A stretch of DNA of 60,000 nt from Schmidtea polychroa (taxonomy: Eukaryota): NCBI GenBank assembly GCA_044892525.1, contig CM097885.1, positions 49,664,001-49,724,000 of the forward strand, read 5' to 3'. Below the pieces are notes generated by a model. It worked only from the letters and a program-made list of their open reading frames with translations, did not search any database and was not told the origin of the DNA. This document shows positions 53,953-60,000 of the stretch, piece after piece; the stretch's first letter is position 1; each line of letters begins with the position of its first letter. Position numbers and translations under genes: made by a program.

Positions 53953-56900
53953 TCCTTCGGTTGTGCTCGTTATGAGTGGTTTGCTCTACATGCAAGTAAT
54001 TTATTTGATTTTTCTACTTCCTTATTTTTTAGGCGATAACATTAGGAACCTCGATCGAGTAAGGGGAATATATTAGCTTGGAGTAGTCTTCCCATAGTTC
54101 TTCCCAGGGAATGACATTTCATGCCCAATATTTGATTTGGACCCGCAATTTGTCCCTCGCAGAAAATTGGAAATTTTTCGGGAATATTTGTATTCTGTAT
54201 GTAGGTAAATCTCTGCGAATTATGGCTTATTTATTCAATTGCATGGTTCGCCGGAGTCATCCTCACCATCTCCTGGAAACTCTTGATTGTCATAGCCCCG
54301 TCTTGAATTTTTCCTTAAGGTTTCTCTGGGGGGGGGGGGTGTTGCTAAATATAGATTTTCAGTTAGGAACGTTTTTATTGGGCAAAAGAATTGACTCCAA
54401 ATCTAGATATGGGGAAAAATCAATAATTGATTTTTTGCTTTCCTAGTAAGTAATACTAATTATGATCATAACCGTAAAAATGGTGATAACGAGGATAACA
54501 AATGATCGTAGTGGTAATAATAATAATAGTAATAGTCATAATAACAATAATGATAATAATAATAATGAGAACAATAAGGATAGCAATAAGAACAATAATA
54601 GCAATAATAATAGTAATAATGATAATGGCAACAATAATAATAATAGTGATAATATAACTTTATATTTTACCATTCGTATTTTGGCTTTCACAATTTAGGG
54701 ATTCATATTTTATGAGTTCGAAGGTTACATTTTGCACTTTACAGGTTTTCGTCTACGATTTTCAATTTTTTATCTTACAGTTTATAAATTCATACTTCAG
54801 AAGTTCTCATCATACACTTTATAATTTATAAATTGTTTATTTAACCTTTTACCATTTTATATTTTTTACTTCCTAATTTTCTATTTTCAGATTTATAGTT
54901 TCATGGTCTACCATTTAGAAATTTGGATTCTTGATTTATGATTATATGGTTTAAATTTTTTGTTCAATATTTTACGACGTTATGTTTTCGACTTAATGGT
55001 TATGATTTATACAATTATAGTCTACTATTTAGAAATTTAGATTTTTACTTTATGATTATATAGTTTTTGCTGACAATTTATATTCAACATTTTACGATCT
55101 TACATTTCAGACTTCATCGTTATGATTTGCCCTTTTATGATCTACAGTTTAGATTTTTGATCCATAGTTGTATAGTTTATAACTTATAATACTATATTCG
55201 GTATTTTAGACTTTATGATTATACTTTACACTTTTAAAGTCTACAATTTAGAAATTTAGGTTTTTAATTTATAGTTGGTAGTTTTATATTCAGTAATTTA
55301 CAGTTTTAGGTCTATAATTTATCAATATAATTATCTCCAAGCTATTATAGTTATTTATAAAAGTTATAATCAATTATTTATACCTTTAGGAATATGTTAC
55401 AGTGAGAATTTAGATTCGGGATTCTTTTAAATTTATAACTTTTTCCCTTACGTTGGATTCATTAAGTCGGTGATTTATTCACAGGTCTATCCAAATTTAA
55501 GCTCTACTTAGACATAGGCCGAAGAATTTTACCATTTCTATTATTCCAATTACCATGGGCTCCTGTTACCTAACCTAATTCGGCATATGTCCAAGTGTAC
55601 CAAAATATTATTATTGATCAACCAACTACATTAATGTGCTTGCAGAATTGTGTAAGTTTAGGTATGAGCTCTACTCAATTTAGGACCTTAGTGTGGAGTC
55701 GTTGTTTATGATTTTGAATGTGGATTTTTCATGTGTATTAAACGAAAGTCGGGAAGAATATTGCTTCCATGGCCCCACTGTGACCACTTCTACAAACCTT
55801 AGTGTTGTGTGCTGAGTCAACCATTTACGGTTGACCTTGAATAAATACAAAGAGTCAGGCGGAGGGTTTCCTCGACCTAACTCCATGGCAGGACCATGAA
55901 GTAGTTCGACCTCCGGCTGACCCGAACAAAAAGAAACCATATAATAAATATCACTATAATAATGATAATGCGTGTCTGCATGTCCTGTTAATAACGATTT
56001 TAATAAATTGGATGCAGGACTGAACAACGACGCAGGAATACCAGTACGCCGTTGATCACTCATACATCGCAAAAAATTTTAAGCAAAAATAAATTTAAAA
56101 TACCATCTATATAATTAAACAATTAATATACAAATAAAGATCAATGCTTACTATCGATTTTGGAAATTTCGTCACAAAAATTTGGCATAAAAAAGTGATT
56201 GATTGTGACTGAAACGTGTCAGTATATATACCTATTTAGTACACGTGTATGTATTGATGCATTAAAACAAACTCGAATTCTTTTTATTCCAGAATTTTCT
56301 ATTTTACGATTTTGCTATTTTTAATGGCAATTTTTGTGCCATAATTTTTGTTTTTATTTTTATATTTTTATTTTTTAATTATTTTTCATTAATTTTACGT
56401 CCATGATGGATTTGGAACGGTTCCAGAACATTCTATTTTACTTTTAATTTAATTTTTATTTTAACTGATGTTTTTATGAATTCTTTTTGAGATTTTTTTT
56501 TTTTTTTTTTTTTTTTATTTTTAATACTAATTTATTTATTTTCCTTAACTTTTGTTGTTCTAGATAACTTTTGTGATGGTCATCGCCATTTTTATAGAAT
56601 GTTCTGGGTTTTTCTGGAATGTTTTACTGTTTTTATCGTCTTTTAAGTTATTCGAGTCTGTTTTTTGTAACTCTGTGTTTATTTGGTTATTTTTGAGTTA
56701 GATTTTTGCATCACTTCTTGCTTTTGTATAATTTTGTTTAATTTCTTTGTTTATGTTTTTGTTGCTTTCTCCTTTAGTTAATATTGTTTATTTGATGTAA
56801 TTTTAATATTTAGCTAAACGTCTTGCTTTTGCATGTTGTGTACCTGCACCTTTCAGTCACAATTCAAGTTTGGGTCTAGAAGTCAGTTCTAGCCCAACAC

Positions 56901-58162
56901 ACGCAATTAATTTCAAACATCGTTATCAATCACGGTAACCTTGGGTATAACGATAGAAAACTTAAGATCAATTAGTGTTCCGAGGTTAAGGTCAACGAAC
57001 CATATATAAGCGAGACAAATTATCAACAAAAAACACTGAATAAATCTTTGAGTAGTCAGATCCGATTGATAGCATTGACTATTACAATCATTAATTCATT
57101 TAAACGTTAAATAATTCAATTATAAAAATCTCAGGATCCAAATTTGTTATTTTTTTCTTATAATGAAAAATGTTTTAGCTTTAATAACCGACATAATGTG
57201 ATTATAAATATTCAAATTAATCAACTTATTCACGTACAATATAACAATATGATCTGTACTTTGAATAATAGTGAATGTCTCTTAAATTTAAAATTGTAGA
57301 AAATAAGTTCAAAATATAAGAGTAAAGTAAAGAATTTTTAGTTATGATATCAATAAATTTTGTTTGTAGAATTAAAAAATCAATTAAATTGTTTTTCTCT
57401 AAACATATTTACATCAGTTTTATTTCCTACACTTATTTTAGTTCAATTCCATTCACAGATAATGTGTTGAGTTGCTCATTGAATTATCTACCTAATAAAA
57501 CCTGTGGGTTTTCGTTACAATAAAACAAAAAAATTAATATAATTATGGAAATTATATTCATTTGTGTTTTCATTTTTCCAGATAACTTGTTTTCATTGAA
57601 TTTTATGTAATAAACAGAAAACATTATCAAATATTCTAACATGTTAAAATTAAACGTCATTTTTATTTTATATTACATATTATAAGATTTTAAGCATTAA
57701 TGATTCTATCTAGGAGTATAGATATAAGATAAAAAATATAATGTATTTTAATTATTTAAATGTTTTAGTATTTTTAGATTTCTCAAACAAATTAAAAATA
57801 AAATTTAATTTTAATTATTATTGCTAGAACTATTATTATTTAATTTGTATAACAATATTTTTTATAAAGTTTAAATTTACTCTCCGAATTTTTTTATTTT
57901 AATTTGTTTAACCTTTCGATGTCATAGCAATATTCTTGGGAATGTCGTTTGAAGGTATTACATATTCTTAGATAAAATTATATCTAAATATTAAATAATA
58001 AATTAAGTAATAAATAAAGTCTAAATGTTATAGTTAAAATTTTCAAATTGTTATTATTATTCATTTATTACTGTAAATTTAAAAAATTTGCAATTATTTA
58101 CTTGAATAGTTAAAATAAATATTATATTAGAATTGAATAAATAGGAAATTATTTATATTTAG

Positions 58163-58521
58163 AATCAAGTCCTTCTAAAAACAAGAAAGAAACTGGTATT
58201 CTCACAGAATCTAGTTTATTGTGCTTAGGGAAAGAACTTAGCACAAATAATATTAGGTTCTTTATGAATTTAGGTATTCCAACAATACAAATTGCCATAA
58301 TGAAGAGTGAAAATGATGAAAAGGGATTAACATATCAAAATTTATGTCAAAAGATTCTTCTTTACTGGTTGAATATGAGAAAAAATGCCAACGATAAAGA
58401 TAAAGTTTTTAATTTAGAACGAGCTCTTAGAACCTCGAATCAAATGCGCCTCGCTGATATAGTTATTGAGCGCTATAGATTGAACATGGATTTAGTTCCT
58501 GCAGTATTTAAAGAAGCTTGA
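58163..58521 (+). CDS. Terminal exon of a host death-domain-like protein
   Basis: Acceptor ttatatttAG at 58161-58162 and AATAAA near 58649. Translation LGKEL..FFMNLGI..QKILLYW..LERALR..RLADIV fits the death-fold pattern. Confidence 0.65.
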
Positions 58522-60000
58522 TGTGATTATTTTTGTTAAATTGCTACGGATTTTTTGAGTATTGATTTTATAATATTTTTCTCTTTTCTTAGACTTTTCT
58601 TTGATCACTCTATTTAATTATTGTTTTTATTTATTTTAAATAACAACTAAATAAAATATTGTTTAACATTGATGACTTTTATGCTTATATTGAAGAATGT
58701 ATTTATAATTGGTTTATAGTGGTGGGGAAGGGGGGGGGGTCATGACTTCACCCCATGAATTCCGTTTATAGCGTTTGCTTACTGTCAATTTTGCGACTGG
58801 AATTTCCTAGACCCTTTCACTATATAGCAGTTATCCCCTGATTTCCATGCTTATTATGGCAAAATATTCGGATGGTGTGGCTAAGTCACAGTAATACTCA
58901 GCCTCACTTAAATAAACTTACCAAAATCGAGCTTTTTCAGGGAGTTCCAAGATTTACAACTGCTATTCCATTTCCCTATTAACCGAAAATTTAAAGTTGT
59001 AGCCTGATTTTGTTGATTTGTATCGATGGATTTCAATCTCATGGTGGGGAAAAGGTTACATCATCTTGGCTATAATCCTGCTTATATTTATCCATACAAG
59101 ATAAATTGGGTAGTAGCAATATGCTATGGTAGAAAACTACCTCATCGGTAATCATGAGACCTTTATAAGACTCTAATAATTATTACCAATGTCGATTTTT
59201 TATGAATGGTTTATTTAACACGGTAGACAAAACGACATATGCTTAATTTCTTTGACCAAACAATTATTCTGAAAATAATTTACAACGGTAGACTTTCGTT
59301 GATCAACGCAAGAAATTTTTTTCTTTCTCAGTTTTCATTAAGGAAACGTGATAAATTTCATGAAATAATATATCTTAATCCGAAGTTTCCCTATTTTAAT
59401 CTCTCAAATGCCACAATCGGATTTTAGTTTTCATTTTAAGATGATTGATGAGGTTAACAAATTTTTAATGAATTAATTGATTGGATTGTATTTTTAAATT
59501 TATACCTCTTAGATTTATTTTTAATTTTTTATTCTCATCTGCTTCCAGTTTTCACCTTAAATATGTTGATTGTTCGATCCGTAGTTCAATTAATTACTTA
59601 TTGATTAATTTTCAATTAATTCATAATACCTTTGATGCAGCTCTTTAATCGTTATTTATGTACATTAATTTTTGTTATTCCAAAATACTATTTTCATATT
59701 CAATACACCTGATTCTCCTGGAGAACAATTTCTATAATGACAAAAAATCAATAAATTTTATATTATGGACAACACACAAACTTGCCTATATATTTGTATA
59801 GTGAAAGTCTTGTCACGCAGGAGTATGTTTTTATTTATCGGTTCCTAACTTGACCAGAGAAATAAAGTTTCTCTTTACACAAGAATCCTATAATAAAAAA
59901 CGCTATTAAATTTTGCCGTTTTTGAGTATTTTATTTTGACAAAAACTTTTTCTTACTGTTTTTTTATACTTTTTAATGTCATAAATAAATATTGCATTTT

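Larger units (their letters stand above)
21865..56899 (-). mobile_element. Giant (35,035 bp) intact Ty3/gypsy LTR retroelement, Burro-like
   Basis: Two ~4.8-kb direct repeats with TG..CA ends, CACG TSD at 21861-21864 and 56900-56903, a PBS, and an uninterrupted Gag-PR-RT-RH-IN order. Confidence 0.97.
52114..56899 (-). repeat. 5' LTR (4,786 bp)
   Basis: Copy of 21865-26649, followed on the minus strand by the PBS. Confidence 0.95.

Noticed and set aside
52114..56899. 4.8-kb duplication as a segmental duplication or misassembly
   Set aside because: TG..CA termini, the CACG TSD and the adjacent PBS identify the copies as LTRs.

Overview
AT-rich eukaryotic DNA, probably a planarian or other flatworm (inference). 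The window is dominated by one intact 35,035-bp Ty3/gypsy LTR retroelement on the minus strand (21865-56899). It has ~4.8-kb near-identical LTRs, a 4-bp CACG target-site duplication and a tRNA-Pro-type PBS. Its size and LTR length fit the giant 'Burro'-type elements reported from Schmidtea. It encodes a single ~4,700-aa polyprotein: Gag with 3 CCHC knuckles, 3 ubiquitin-like domains, TRAF-type MATH, Bcl-2-like, chuvirus-like glycoprotein, PR, RT, RNase H, IN, ankyrin repeats and a type I membrane protein. It also carries about nine accessory ORFs (TRAF, IAP, RING, coiled-coil, membrane and LTR-encoded AT-hook proteins), nearly all with a splice-acceptor-like AG just before the ATG. Together this looks like a virus-scale retroelement with an envelope and a cell-death/TNF-signalling toolkit. 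The flanks hold a prdm1/Blimp-1-like gene, a death-domain terminal exon, hAT and pogo transposase relics, several MITEs, microsatellites and a minimal hammerhead ribozyme relic. Domain calls were made by eye from motifs, not by HMM searches.
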